Shown here piece by piece: positions 1 through 9,904 of a DNA stretch of 32,000 bases. The position numbers and the translations under genes are program-made. The DNA lies in NCBI RefSeq assembly GCF_019343475.1, contig NZ_CP072453.1, positions 1,411,223-1,443,222 of the forward strand, given 5' to 3'. The DNA comes from Providencia sp. R33. Lineage in GTDB: Bacteria > Pseudomonadota > Gammaproteobacteria > Enterobacterales > Enterobacteriaceae. The notes under the pieces were generated by a model, which saw only the letters and a list, made by a program, of their open reading frames with translations, had not been told where the DNA came from and searched no databases. Within the stretch, counting starts at the first letter, position 1; every line of letters begins with the position of its first letter.

Positions 1-410
1 GCTCTAGCAATCAAAATGCCTTGCCAGCTTTGCATCACTGAACTTAATAATGTAAATAACGCCGCACAGGTTAAGGCGATTACCATCACGTTTTTACGTC
101 CAATCGCATCAGATATTGGTCCTGTGATTAATAAGCCTAAAGCCATTAAACCAGTACTTAATGATAGCGCCAGACTGGCTGTTGCGGGGGAGATATTAAA
201 ATCAGCGGATAACAACGGTAAAATGGGTTGGACAAAATAGAGCAATGCGAATGTTGCAAATCCAACGGTAAAAAAGGAAAGAGTCACACGCAAATATAAT
301 GCATCATCTCTTTGAATATAATGTTTTTTAGGGGAGGTATGTACGGTAGGCGCTGTTCTTTCCTTGTCATTCGCTTGCTCAGTAGCCAGGCTATTTGATG
401 AGTGTTCCAT
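1..410 (-). CDS. ynfM: MFS transporter, 5' part only (gene continues past window start), YnfM-like
   Basis: My own translation of the minus strand from the ATG at 410-408 gives MEHSSNSLATEQANDKERTAPTVHTSPKKHYIQRDDALYLRVTLSFFTVGFATFALLYFVQPILPLLSADFNISPATASLALSLSTGLMALGLLITGPISDAIGRKNVMVIAL..., open to base 1. It has hydrophobic helices plus the MFS loop motif GPxSDxxGRK. It is divergent from a LysR gene, as ynfM/ynfL are in E. coli. It is absent from the ORF track because there is no stop in the window. Confidence 0.7.
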   Translation of the reverse strand, partial: MEHSSNSLATEQANDKERTAPTVHTSPKKHYIQRDDALYLRVTLSFFTVGFATFALLYFVQPILPLLSADFNISPATASLALSLSTGLMALGLLITGPISDAIGRKNVMVIALTCAALFTLLSSVMQSWQGILIAR

Positions 411-524
411 GTGTATTCCTTTTCATACCAACTTGTTTGATTTCGATCAAAGCATAGAAATTTCTAAGTTTTTTGTCTAATATATTAATTATGTAAAATG
501 ATACTTTAAAGATATCAATTAGCG

Positions 525-1430
525 ATGAGTATAGAACTTAGACATTTACGTTATTTTATTGCGGTTGCGGAAGAACTACACTTTGGCCGTGCCGCTGAAC
601 GATTGCATATTTCACAGCCCCCTTTAAGCCAACAAATACAAGCACTTGAAGAGCATATTCATGCGAAATTATTAGAGCGAAATAACCGAAATGTAGCTTT
701 AACACCCGCAGGTACTATGTTTTTGAAAGAAGCCTATCAAATACTTTCTCAAGTGGATGCGGCATCAACTAAAGCCGCAAGAATGGAGAAAGGGGAATTA
801 GGGGAGCTTTCTATTGGTTTTACCTCAACCACTCCGTTTATGCATAAAGTCACAATGAGCTTACGTCAATACCGTGAAACTTATCCCGAAGTCTCGATTC
901 ACATGCACCAAATGAACACAAAACAGCAAATTGCCCCGTTGGTTACAGGGCGGATCGATATGGGGATTATGAGAAATACAGTTTTACCGGAACAACTTGA
1001 CTACCAACTGCTATTTAAAGAGTCATTTATGGTCGCTGTTTATGAAGGTCATCCATTGCTCGAATATGAGAAACAGGGCATTGATATTCAACAGCTTGCA
1101 AATTATCCGTTAATCTTTTTTGAACGAGAAGTGGGTACTGCGCTTTATGATGAAATTAACCGCTTATTGGCTTCCGCAGGTATCGTGCCAAAAATTTCCC
1201 AAGAAGCAGGTGAAGCGATGACAATACTTGGGCTCGTTTCCGCAGGGATGGGAATATCCATTATTACAGAATCATTTACTCGTATGAAAGTTGATGGTGT
1301 AAGGTATGTAAAACTCACGAATATTGAGGCATCATCTGAAGTATGGTTGGTTTATAATACTCGTAGAACGTTGCCAGCAGTGGCCAAAAAACTTACCCAC
1401 CTTTTGATTTCTAATATTGTGGGTAAATAA
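525..1430 (+). CDS. ynfL: LysR-family transcriptional regulator
   Basis: 301 aa. The N-terminal wHTH LRHLRYFIAVAEELHFGRAAERLHISQPPLSQQIQALE is typical of LysR, followed by a LysR substrate-binding domain. It is divergent from the MFS gene and next to mlc/ynfK. The symbol is assigned by synteny only. Confidence 0.85.
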   Translation: MSIELRHLRYFIAVAEELHFGRAAERLHISQPPLSQQIQALEEHIHAKLLERNNRNVALTPAGTMFLKEAYQILSQVDAASTKAARMEKGELGELSIGFTSTTPFMHKVTMSLRQYRETYPEVSIHMHQMNTKQQIAPLVTGRIDMGIMRNTVLPEQLDYQLLFKESFMVAVYEGHPLLEYEKQGIDIQQLANYPLIFFEREVGTALYDEINRLLASAGIVPKISQEAGEAMTILGLVSAGMGISIITESFTRMKVDGVRYVKLTNIEASSEVWLVYNTRRTLPAVAKKLTHLLISNIVGK

Positions 1431-1526
1431 CCGTGATAAGCATCACAATTAATATGTATACAAAGTTATTGTCATACATAATAAGGCATAATAACTAATT
1501 GCTTTATAAAGGATTTAACAATAATC

Positions 1527-2738
1527 ATGCTGAATCAAACGGGTCATATTGACCAAATCAAACAATTAAACACAGGTATCGTGTATCGAATTATTGATCA
1601 GCATGGTCCAATTTCGCGTATTGCTTTATCTAAGCAAGCCTCATTAGCCCCTGCAAGTATTACAAAAATCACGCGCGAACTCATGGATGCACACTTAATC
1701 AAAGAGTTAGAGTTCCCGGTGTTAGGTTTACGGGGGCGTCCTGCTATTGGGTTAGTGATTGAAAGTGAAGGGTGGCAGTTTCTTTCAATGGTTATTGAGC
1801 CGCGTAAAATTACAGTTTCATTGAAGGAAATCAACGGAACGACGTTAACTCAAAATGAATACCCATTCAATGTAAAGGGTAACGCGGCTTTTATTCAAGA
1901 ATTACTAGAGCTAATCAGCCAGTTTTTTGCCGATCACCAACCTTTAATTGAACGACTTACCGCTATCAGTATTTTAGCGGAAGGGATTTTAGACCCATAT
2001 CAAGGTACCATCCACCAACTGGCAGGTTTTGATATCAAAGCAGTCCCCATCTCTCAACACCTGACGAAGCAAACAGGATTACCCGTTTACTTGCACCCAA
2101 CAGTAGATGCATTAGCGCTGATGGATCATTTCGCGTTCTCCGCCAAGCGTCAGGTAAAAAACATTATTTACCTGCAACTTCATGATGTTGTTAATGGCAC
2201 AGTGCTTAACCAAGGTTCAACCTTAGATGCAAACACACATAAGCCGATTCTTTTTGGGCATAGCCAATCCAAGGAGTCTCATCAAGTTACTTGTTACTGT
2301 GGTGGTAAAGGTTGCTTAGAAAGGGAAGTTTCTATTTCTGCTATCGTACAAAAAGCCAATACTTTACTTGATAGCTACTCGAATACTGTCTTACACCAAA
2401 GTGAAATATCAATTGATAAAATTTGCGCTGGCGCAATATTGGGCGATGGCCTTTGTGTTTATCTAATAGAAGATGTCGCAAAACAACTCGCAAAACCATT
2501 GGCACTTATGATGAATTTGCTTGGCACAGAATTAATCCTTATTAATTCACCTTTAAATACCGCATCAACGGTATTATTTGAACGATTAAATCATTACATA
2601 CAACAATATGCATCTCCGCTATATAGTTCTAATTTATTGATAGAAAAATCTAATTTTTCAATAAAAGAGAGTGAATCTACATTAATTCAGCGCGCTTTGT
2701 ATGATGGTTCACTATTGCTACAATTGCTACAAGGATAA
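1527..2738 (+). CDS. mlc: ROK-family global regulator Mlc (DgsA)
   Basis: 403 aa. From memory of E. coli Mlc, the N-terminus GHIDQIKQLNTGIVYRIIDQHGPISRIALSKQASLAPASITKITRELMDAHLIKE and the C-terminus YDGSLLLQLLQG match closely, and the CxCGxxGCLE zinc motif is present. Confidence 0.85.
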   Translation: MLNQTGHIDQIKQLNTGIVYRIIDQHGPISRIALSKQASLAPASITKITRELMDAHLIKELEFPVLGLRGRPAIGLVIESEGWQFLSMVIEPRKITVSLKEINGTTLTQNEYPFNVKGNAAFIQELLELISQFFADHQPLIERLTAISILAEGILDPYQGTIHQLAGFDIKAVPISQHLTKQTGLPVYLHPTVDALALMDHFAFSAKRQVKNIIYLQLHDVVNGTVLNQGSTLDANTHKPILFGHSQSKESHQVTCYCGGKGCLEREVSISAIVQKANTLLDSYSNTVLHQSEISIDKICAGAILGDGLCVYLIEDVAKQLAKPLALMMNLLGTELILINSPLNTASTVLFERLNHYIQQYASPLYSSNLLIEKSNFSIKESESTLIQRALYDGSLLLQLLQG

Positions 2739-2880
2739 AACAATTCCATAAACTTTTGACTATCCACCACAAAATTGAGCTAACGCAAACTTATCACTTT
2801 CCCATTCCCATAAACTGAATCCATATCATTTTTGCAGCTTATTGCTGTGCGAGTCTGTCACTTCAGGATAGAAAAAGACC

Positions 2881-3555
2881 ATGATCAATCTATTTATTAC
2901 CGGGACAGATACAGATGTCGGGAAGACAGTATCGACGCTTGCAATCTTGCAAGCACTCAATGGGCAAGGAATTAAGGCGGTAGGTTATAAACCTATTGCA
3001 GATCAATGTATTGATACCCCTGAAGGAGTCAGGAATAAAGATGCATTACTGATCCATAGCGTATCTAAAGACCTCGTTTCTTATGATGAAGTAAATCCTA
3101 TTCGTATTACGGATAACTACAGTCATGAAAACAGCATTGATTTTAGTAAGATAAAACAAGGTTTAGAACATTTAAATGACCAATGCGACATGGTAGTCAT
3201 CGAGGGAAATGGCGGTTGGCGTTATTTACTGGATGATAATACCTTTTACGCAGATTGGCTGAAAGGGCAATCCGTTGGTGTCATTTTGGTCGTGGGAATT
3301 CAACACGGTTGTGTTAATCATGCGCTTTTAACGGCTGATGCGATTAGGGCGGATGGTTTACCATTGATCGGTTGGATGGCTAATCGAATTAATCCTGGGC
3401 TTGCGCATTATGCACAAATTATTGACCGCTTACAGCACCACATCAAGGCTCCATTGATTGGCGAAATTCCGTATTTATTGCGACCGGAAGAGCGTGATTT
3501 AGGGCATTACTTGCATATCGAAAAATTACAGGAATTTATTACTGTACCTGCATAA
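2881..3555 (+). CDS. ynfK: Dethiobiotin synthetase paralogue (BioD2/YnfK)
   Basis: 224 aa. It has the P-loop FITGTDTDVGKT and the motifs GYKP, RNKDAL, EGNGGW and LPLIGWMANRINPGLAHYAQII, which are typical of BioD/YnfK. It is adjacent to mlc as in E. coli. Confidence 0.85.
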   Translation: MINLFITGTDTDVGKTVSTLAILQALNGQGIKAVGYKPIADQCIDTPEGVRNKDALLIHSVSKDLVSYDEVNPIRITDNYSHENSIDFSKIKQGLEHLNDQCDMVVIEGNGGWRYLLDDNTFYADWLKGQSVGVILVVGIQHGCVNHALLTADAIRADGLPLIGWMANRINPGLAHYAQIIDRLQHHIKAPLIGEIPYLLRPEERDLGHYLHIEKLQEFITVPA

Positions 3556-3576
3556 TCGATTGGAAAATAAGAAGTG

Positions 3577-3606
3577 AAAGGGCGACTGAGTCGCCCTTTA
3601 TTTTGT
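3577..3606. terminator. Bidirectional rho-independent terminator between ynfK and ynfD
   Basis: Stem aaagggcgac (3577-3586) pairs with gtcgcccttt (3590-3599) around a 3-nt loop. It is flanked by A-rich sequence on the left and T-rich sequence on the right, and lies between convergent genes. Confidence 0.6.
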
Positions 3607-3619
3607 TACTTATTAAACT

Positions 3620-3853
3620 CTAGTGACGAGTATAAATAATTTTGTATGAATCATTTTGGCAGTGACCGACAACTTGCCCTTTGGCAGGGTCAACTTCATC
3701 ATTAGGAACAGCAACTAAACTAAAATTATCGGCAGGCACGCCATTATTGATAATTTTCTGTTTAATTTCCTCTATCACGCTTTCACATGACGCTTGAGCA
3801 AAGGCTGGTACTAACATCGCTAAGAATAATGGAATTAATAATTTCTTTTGCAT
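3620..3853 (-). CDS. ynfD: Small periplasmic DUF1161-family protein (YnfD-like)
   Basis: I moved the start to the internal ATG at 3853, which is preceded by GGAGAA. The signal peptide is MQKKLLIPLFLAMLVPAFAQA, and the mature part is a small Cys-containing domain. Its position beside ynfB matches E. coli. Confidence 0.65.
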   Translation of the reverse strand: MQKKLLIPLFLAMLVPAFAQASCESVIEEIKQKIINNGVPADNFSLVAVPNDEVDPAKGQVVGHCQNDSYKIIYTRH

Positions 3854-3897
3854 CGTTTCTCCTTGAGTAAATGATTCCATAAAGTACAAATCAAAAC

Positions 3898-4272
3898 TTA
3901 TGGGTTAATTGGGCGGCCAGTACCCACATCTAAACAACGCTTTGTACTCGGTTCCCAATAAGCATTAAGATTTAAGCTTTTTTCACATTTGTCTTTTGCA
4001 TCAAATGCGGCATCAATCTTATCGAACTCTCTTTCTGTACGTGTATTGACCTTATTACGCAGCATACGGGTGTTATCCCATTGTTCTTTCTCTTGTCGGG
4101 CTTGCTCTTTATTTAAAGAGTCGTCACCTTTACCAACAGAAACACAAGTGCTGCCTGCGGTACATGAGGTTGTGGTATTCCCTTGAGCCGCAGGTGCAGC
4201 GGTTGCCCAAAGTAATGGCAGACAAACACAAACTGCTGCAACGCCTTTCTTCAAAATATTCTGTGTGCTCAT
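3898..4272 (-). CDS. ynfB: UPF0482/DUF1283 secreted protein YnfB
   Basis: 124 aa with a signal peptide. The segment [55 protein letters not shown] matches my recollection of E. coli YnfB ([31 protein letters not shown]...NAYWEP). Confidence 0.8.
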   Translation of the reverse strand: MSTQNILKKGVAAVCVCLPLLWATAAPAAQGNTTTSCTAGSTCVSVGKGDDSLNKEQARQEKEQWDNTRMLRNKVNTRTEREFDKIDAAFDAKDKCEKSLNLNAYWEPSTKRCLDVGTGRPINP

Positions 4273-4353
4273 GTAAATTCCTTACTAAACAGGGTCTATA
4301 GACTGAGTATAGCCAAAAATAAACTGTTTCGTCTGTAGAGAATAGTACGAAAA

Positions 4354-5103
4354 TTAAAGTTGTTTATGAATGGTTAAGCCAGCGAATGTTTGGCAAACTG
4401 GCATTAACTCAAGCGTATTAACGTTCATATGGGCTGGAAGTGTTGCAACCCAAAAGACGGTTTCTGCGATATCTTCAGGGGTCAGAGCTTCCGCACCTTT
4501 ATAGGTATTTGAAGCTTTATCGCCATCACCTTTAAAACGCACATTAGAGAATTCTGTTCCGCCAACTAAACCAGGTTCAATATCAGTAACTCTGATTTTT
4601 TTACCTTGTAAATCAGCACGTAAACCTAAAGAAAATTGTTTAACAAAGGCTTTAGTCGCACCGTACACATTTCCACCTTTGTATGGCCAGCTTGCCGCTG
4701 TCGAGCCAATGTTAATGATATGACCATGGTCTTTTGCCACCATACCTTGTAGCACTTCATAAGTCATATTGACCAATCCTTTGGTGTTGGTATCAATCAT
4801 AACTTCCCAATCATCAGGATTTGCATCAAAAGCGGGCTCCAAGCCTAATGCCAGCCCCGCATTATTAACGAGAACATCAATATTTTTCAAAGAAGAAGGT
4901 AAATTAGCAACAGCGGCTTGAATCGCTTTTCTATCTTGAACATCTAATGTCAGTGGGTGAAAGTTATCACCTAATTCTTGTTGCAGTGCGACTAAGCGCG
5001 CTGTTCTGCGCCCAGTGCCAATAACGGTGTGACCTTGCTGAATAAATTTACGCGCGATAGACTCACCAAAGCCTGATGATGCACCTGTCACTAATATAAT
5101 CAT
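4354..5103 (-). CDS. ydfG: NADP-dependent 3-hydroxy acid dehydrogenase (short-chain dehydrogenase)
   Basis: 249 aa. It has the Rossmann motif VTGASSGFG, the NNAG motif and a YGATK catalytic Tyr/Lys. Length and synteny agree with YdfG. Confidence 0.85.
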   Translation of the reverse strand: MIILVTGASSGFGESIARKFIQQGHTVIGTGRRTARLVALQQELGDNFHPLTLDVQDRKAIQAAVANLPSSLKNIDVLVNNAGLALGLEPAFDANPDDWEVMIDTNTKGLVNMTYEVLQGMVAKDHGHIINIGSTAASWPYKGGNVYGATKAFVKQFSLGLRADLQGKKIRVTDIEPGLVGGTEFSNVRFKGDGDKASNTYKGAEALTPEDIAETVFWVATLPAHMNVNTLELMPVCQTFAGLTIHKQL

Positions 5104-5177
5104 GGGGACCTCTAAGTTGTTATAGTTGTATTGCGTAAATTTATTCTAACGCCTTCGAAAGGGAACTACAAAAGTTA

Positions 5178-6806
5178 CTATTCAAGGCCTAAAATATGCT
5201 TATCTTTTGGGTAGCTCAACGTATAATTAAACGGAATTTCAATCTGTTGATTGGGCTCTAATGCCACTTCCCAGGTTAATTCTCCTGTTGTTTTATTCAC
5301 TACCGCCTGTTTATTATCTATTTCAGATACCTTGATTTCACTGTCTTGGCTAACTGGTAATTGGTCAATAATCGTCAGATTAATTGGCTTCGCATGCATA
5401 TTTTTGGCTTTAATTAAATAGCCTTCTTTTTGCTCGATAGTCGAACCAATAAAACTTGGTTTTTTCTTCATTTTTTCATTACTTTCACGAGAAATCTGAA
5501 TGTTTTTATCGATGCCAAAAGGAATGAATAGGGTATCGCTTAGTTGATTGGTATTAATTTGGAAATTACCAATATAGGTATTTCCATAATAAATATTGGC
5601 ATTACCATTGAGTAAATTCAGTGCCTGCCAATTATCGATATCCGCTTGTAAGAAGACGTCTTCAGCCAATTTTGGTGTCGCCGTGTATTGGTATTTCCCT
5701 GTAACATCTGTTTGTTTGATGGTTAACGAATTAGGTTTCGTACTGCTTTTTAGGCTATAAGGTAATGAAATATCATAGTTTAAATTGATACCATTGTTTG
5801 AAGCAGTGACAAAATCGGCAATGCCTGAGCTATCCCGCTGTTTTTTTTCACGCATACTGCTTTCTGCCATTGCAACGGGGGCAGGAGCCTGTCGCATTAA
5901 GGCTTGGGATTCATACTGCACGCTGTCATCGTAAACCGATAATCGCCACGGTTGCAGGTTAAACGGTGTAATATTTTTAGACGGATTAACCGAGGATAAG
6001 GTTAAATTGACGTCTTTCCAATCAATCCCTGTATTTTGCACAATATTAGCTTTGTAGGTCAGAACAATAGGGGATTCAGCATCTTGGCTACGAAAATCAT
6101 AACTTGGGGACCATGCAGCATCAGGCGTAAGGTAAGAAAGCTGTATGTGTGCTGTGGTCTCATTTTTAGCATCTATGACCATAACGACTTGGGTTTGCTG
6201 ACCGACGACAGCGGGTGTATTTTCGTCAATCTGCGCTTGTAATAAGGCATTTTTTTCTTCAAGTGCATCAATTGAGGTTTGGTTTTGCTGCTGTTCTTGC
6301 AGTATTTGCGTCATTTGTTGGCGGATAAAACTCAATTTCTGCGATGATTGCTCAATAGTTTGGCTGTTACTTTCACCAAAAAAACGCTGATCTTTCAATA
6401 ACGATAATTGTTCTTCACCCACTTTAATTGCAATATTCAAGTTTTCAATTTGTTGGTTATTCTGTTTCTGTTGTTCTTGAAGGGCAGTTATTTCAGGGGA
6501 ATAAATAGGGGGAATAGCAACTTTTTGGACATTGATTGAGCGAATAATAACATCATCGTTTTTCAGGCTAACTGACAATGTGCGCGGGTCAATATTTGCT
6601 GCAATATTGGTTAATACGATGTCATTTTGGCCTTGTTTAAGTGACAGCGTCACATTATTATCTAACTCCGCCCCGCGTAAAAATATCGTCGCATGGTTTA
6701 GTTTAACACTTTGATTTAAATTACTTTCTGTTTGAGCAAGCGCATGGTTAGCTGCAAGAAGTGATGTCAAAAGTAAGCCACTTGCAATACGAATGGAAAC
6801 CGTCAT
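5178..6806 (-). CDS. Secreted DUF4139/DUF4140-type protein (MuiA-like family), function unknown
   Basis: A long clean ORF of 542 aa. It has a signal peptide (MTVSIRIASGLLLTSLLAANHALA) and a central Q-rich coiled coil. The family assignment is from memory of this architecture only. Confidence 0.7.
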   Translation of the reverse strand: MTVSIRIASGLLLTSLLAANHALAQTESNLNQSVKLNHATIFLRGAELDNNVTLSLKQGQNDIVLTNIAANIDPRTLSVSLKNDDVIIRSINVQKVAIPPIYSPEITALQEQQKQNNQQIENLNIAIKVGEEQLSLLKDQRFFGESNSQTIEQSSQKLSFIRQQMTQILQEQQQNQTSIDALEEKNALLQAQIDENTPAVVGQQTQVVMVIDAKNETTAHIQLSYLTPDAAWSPSYDFRSQDAESPIVLTYKANIVQNTGIDWKDVNLTLSSVNPSKNITPFNLQPWRLSVYDDSVQYESQALMRQAPAPVAMAESSMREKKQRDSSGIADFVTASNNGINLNYDISLPYSLKSSTKPNSLTIKQTDVTGKYQYTATPKLAEDVFLQADIDNWQALNLLNGNANIYYGNTYIGNFQINTNQLSDTLFIPFGIDKNIQISRESNEKMKKKPSFIGSTIEQKEGYLIKAKNMHAKPINLTIIDQLPVSQDSEIKVSEIDNKQAVVNKTTGELTWEVALEPNQQIEIPFNYTLSYPKDKHILGLE

Positions 6807-7035
6807 AGTAAAACTCCAAATATAAAGGTCAAAATTAGATAAATGGGCGATTTACTCATCATATTTTATCCGCTTGCCACTTGATAACAGATAAAGCCTA
6901 AAATATAGATACCCCTATTTGTCAAAAAATGTAATTCAGTGATAAAACCGAGAGAAAGTAAGAGGGGAAATACTTCAATTTCGCAGATAAAAGGCCATGA
7001 AATATTATATGGCCATTGCCTATCTAATAAAAAAA

Positions 7036-7380
7036 CTAGTAGAAATGTCCGGTTATTGACCAACCTAAATTAGGGTTCCCTAATGCAATTAGCGTCATGC
7101 CTGCGGGAAGTATAAATTCACTCGATGATGTTTCTATAAGAGTATGCACTTTTGATGAGTCTGATGACTCATTAATAACATGAATAATGGAGCCACTAAT
7201 GGGATCAAGTGTGCTAGCATTCGGTAAATAAATGTTAGGGGAAAAATTATCTTTAGTTAATTCTATATAAATAAAGTAATTACCTTTTTCGTACTCAGAT
7301 TCAAATTGAGATATCGTAATATCCTTACCATTTTCAAACTGTAACTTTACGAACCACTTTTGCATATCAGACATAAACAT
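7036..7380 (-). CDS. Hypothetical protein
   Basis: 114-aa ORF. GAGGAG lies directly upstream, so the real start may be the third codon ATG at 7374. I recognise no family. Confidence 0.4.
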   Translation of the reverse strand: MFMSDMQKWFVKLQFENGKDITISQFESEYEKGNYFIYIELTKDNFSPNIYLPNASTLDPISGSIIHVINESSDSSKVHTLIETSSSEFILPAGMTLIALGNPNLGWSITGHFY

Positions 7381-7623
7381 CTCCTCTTTTTCGTATGGAC
7401 AAAATAAAAATCATTAAAATGATAATAGTTAAATTTTCTCCATACGTTTTAACAATTTATATCTAGTCTTAATGAATAATAATGTGCTATCAAAACTAGC
7501 CCATCATTTTTATGTTTTAAATTATTAAAATTAAAATGATATCGACTTTTCTTTGTTGTTTGCCTAATGTAAATAAGGTCTAATATGATGGAGCACTCTC
7601 CCTGCAACTATTAAAAGGTTAAA

Positions 7624-7935
7624 ATGAAAATATTTAACAGCGCTAGTTTTACAGCTTCAAAAGCGTGGGAAGCTCAAGATATTGCTAATTTTGATGGCAC
7701 AACTGTCCGTTTACATTGGACTGATAAACCTTATAAATGGCACATCAATGATGGACAAGAAGTTTTCGCTGTCATGGATGGTTCAGTAGAAATGTACTAC
7801 AAAGAGAATAATGAAGTTAAAAAAGTCATCCTAAATACAGGTGATATTTTTTATGCTGGCATTGGCTGTGAGCATGTTGCACACCCGATTGGTACCGCAC
7901 GAATTTTAGTTGTCGAAAAAGAAGGTTCAGTGTGA
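7624..7935 (+). CDS. Cupin-domain protein
   Basis: 103 aa. It shows a small beta-barrel pattern with H..D.E...(V)..G and G..H.. motifs (HWTDKPYKWHINDGQEVFAVMDG ... GCEHVAHP). An AAAGG RBS lies upstream. Confidence 0.65.
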   Translation: MKIFNSASFTASKAWEAQDIANFDGTTVRLHWTDKPYKWHINDGQEVFAVMDGSVEMYYKENNEVKKVILNTGDIFYAGIGCEHVAHPIGTARILVVEKEGSV

Positions 7936-8107
7936 CAATCATTCCATTATCTAACGCTTTTTAAATAAAATGGCATAAACAACTGAATTGCCTGTATGAG
8001 GCTAATATCAGCATATCTGCGGCATCGTGTTTAGTTTGTGCCACTCCTCATGTAAGATATGGCTAACAATAAGATACGGACGTACAGGTTAACTTCAGAG
8101 GTTTTTA

Positions 8108-8353
8108 ATGGCTCACTATATACCATTTAAATATTATGACATGGTGGAAGAATATTCACTGGAATCAGCGTTTCCAGTCACTGAAGAGGAATTCGACCCT
8201 CTGGCTCACTATTTTCAGTTATTGCTTACCCGTTTGGCCGATAACGAAGAAATTAGTGAAGAGATGCAAAAAGAAATGGCAAAAGAGGCCGGTATCAATA
8301 AGAAATATATTGATGATATAGCTGAATTTTTGAATAGCTGGGGTAATGACTAA
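8108..8353 (+). CDS. Small acidic hypothetical protein (possibly DUF2543/YmjA-like; not certain)
   Basis: 81-aa ORF with a GAGG RBS 8 nt upstream. It is followed by a hairpin terminator. The family guess is from memory only. Confidence 0.55.
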   Translation: MAHYIPFKYYDMVEEYSLESAFPVTEEEFDPLAHYFQLLLTRLADNEEISEEMQKEMAKEAGINKKYIDDIAEFLNSWGND

Positions 8354-8425
8354 AAAGACGGAGCAGGGAAGTATCATACCATTTAATCGGAGTTCTTTGA
8401 CGCTATTCAAAGAGGGAAACGTTGA

Positions 8426-8455
8426 GATAAAACACCCGCCAGTAGGTGTTTTATC
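8426..8455. terminator. Hairpin terminator between convergent genes
   Basis: Stem gataaaacacc (8426-8436) pairs with ggtgttttatc (8445-8455), 11 bp perfect, with an 8-nt loop. Confidence 0.55.
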
Positions 8456-8473
8456 TTGTCAGGCGGATGTGAC

Positions 8474-9595
8474 TTATTCTTCGAAATACCAATATCCCTG
8501 ATTGATAAACTCGGTTAATTCCACAATAAAATCATGGTTTTTCAGTGCTTCACCGAGTTCATTCTTTCCAACTTCTGTAAACTGGCATAATGTATCTGCG
8601 CCTTTCACTTCTGTAGTAATCCAGCTTTCTGTATTAACGAAGAAATAATCTCCGGTACGCATGACTCGTAATCCGTTCAGCCGTATTAGTTTTTCACCTG
8701 CATTCAGCGCGCCCAATACTTCTTCAGGCTGATACGGTGGTTCTGGAGGAGCAATATCCAGTTCATGGCGTGGGGTGGTTGCAAAACGACCTAACCACTG
8801 CTCAAAATCCCCGGGTTTATTGATCATTTCAATCATCATGGCGCGCAGACGTTCAACCTCATAAGTCTCCATAGTTCCTGCATTTTCGCGCACTTTCAGA
8901 TCGGGGTCGCCATAATTTACTCCCCCCAAATCCTGTTCAAGTGCGTAGTCTGCAAAACTACTCAGCAGGTCACGTCCAGTTGGTCCGCGAAAGCCAACAG
9001 AATAATTCATGGTATCTTCGAAAGTGAAACCATCATGAGGAAATCCGGGCGGAATATACAGAATATCTCCGGGAGCCATTTCCACGTCAATAATCGGTTC
9101 AAACGGGTCGACATGTAATAATGCTGGATGTGAGCAGAATTGACGCATCGGGAGGGCATCACCCACACGCCAGCGCCGACGTCCCATTCCTTGGATGATG
9201 AAAACATCATAGTTATCAATATGAGGCCCGACGCCACCTCCAGGTACCGAATAGGAGATCATCAAGTCATCAAGACGCCACTCAGGCAGCACACGGAATG
9301 GTTTCACCAGTTCAGCGGCAGGAACATGCCAATGGTTGACGGCCTGTACCAGCAATGACCATCCTTTTTCACCTAATTCGCTGTAATCCTCGAACGGGCC
9401 ATGACTCGCTTCCCATTTATTATCAATGAAGCTAACTAAGCGGCTGTCAACTTCCGACTCCATCGCCAAGCCGGCCAGTTCATCTGGCGTAATAGGGTCA
9501 GCAAAATCAGGAAATGCATTTTTCAATACAACGGGTTTTTTCTGCCAGTATTTTTCTAAAAATTCAGGCCAGTTAAGATTTAGTTTGTTAACCAT
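8474..9595 (-). CDS. roxA: Ribosomal protein uL16 arginine hydroxylase (JmjC/cupin oxygenase RoxA/YcfD)
   Basis: From the internal ATG at 9595, the sequence MVNKLNLNWPEFLEKYWQKKPVVLKNAF...DELAGLAMESEVDSRLVS...WSLLVQAVNHWH...DDLMISYSVPGGGVGPHIDNYDVFIIQGMGRRRWRVGD follows E. coli YcfD almost motif for motif. The ORF-track start at 9670 is a TTG extension. Confidence 0.85.
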   Translation of the reverse strand: MVNKLNLNWPEFLEKYWQKKPVVLKNAFPDFADPITPDELAGLAMESEVDSRLVSFIDNKWEASHGPFEDYSELGEKGWSLLVQAVNHWHVPAAELVKPFRVLPEWRLDDLMISYSVPGGGVGPHIDNYDVFIIQGMGRRRWRVGDALPMRQFCSHPALLHVDPFEPIIDVEMAPGDILYIPPGFPHDGFTFEDTMNYSVGFRGPTGRDLLSSFADYALEQDLGGVNYGDPDLKVRENAGTMETYEVERLRAMMIEMINKPGDFEQWLGRFATTPRHELDIAPPEPPYQPEEVLGALNAGEKLIRLNGLRVMRTGDYFFVNTESWITTEVKGADTLCQFTEVGKNELGEALKNHDFIVELTEFINQGYWYFEE

Positions 9596-9755
9596 GTGAC
9601 CACATCTATATGAGTAAATAAGCTGATAATTATAGAGGTAATGCACCGTCATATTTTTGTTTGGCGTCAAGTGCCAGTCAATAACTTTAGGGGAAGATAA
9701 ATGCGCATATCGAAGGTAATGAAATATTTATTAGATAAAACTAAGTCTAGAACCG

Positions 9756-9825
9756 AAAAAGAACCAACACAATTAACCAGCCAGAACGCTGGATTTCTTC
9801 ATTTTATACCTAGGTTCGCATAATG
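9756..9825 (+). repeat. 70-bp direct repeat, copy 1 of 3 (phage right-end sequence plus XerC arm)
   Basis: The sequence aaaaagaaccaacacaattaaccagccagaacgctggatttcttcattttatacctaggttcgcataatg is identical at 9756-9825, 19816-19885 and 29876-29945. Confidence 0.9.
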
Positions 9826-9840
9826 TATAACGCTATGTTA
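9813..9840 (+). other. attL: hybrid dif/attP site (XerC arm GGTTCGCATAA, centre TGTATA, degenerate XerD-side ACGCTATGTTA)
   Basis: The XerC arm and the first 2 central nt are identical to the intact dif at 29933. The sequence diverges from the third central nucleotide onward. Confidence 0.8.
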
Positions 9841-9904
9841 CAAAAGGGTTCTGAGTGATTGCGGTAGAATGGTTTTGGGGTTTACCGCAATCGGGAAGGT
9901 TCGT

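Noticed and set aside
16-240. 74-aa plus-strand ORF at the window start
   Set aside because: It lies antisense to a much better minus-strand MFS (ynfM-like) reading frame that is open from 410 to base 1.
1598-1834. 78-aa minus-strand ORF
   Set aside because: It is antisense within mlc.
6866-7063. 65-aa minus-strand ORF
   Set aside because: It overlaps the end of the 114-aa ORF, has no RBS, and sits in AT-rich intergenic-looking sequence.
8136-8410. Alternative-frame ORFs of 61 and 63 aa
   Set aside because: They overlap the better-supported 81-aa gene and its terminator.
9701-9823. 40-codon ORF with a GGGGAAG RBS whose TAA stop is the last 3 nt of the XerC arm of attL
   Set aside because: It is short, I recognise no family, and the reading frame differs from the phage 72-aa ORF sharing the same 3' sequence. 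It is probably fortuitous. I noted it only because it runs into the recombination site.
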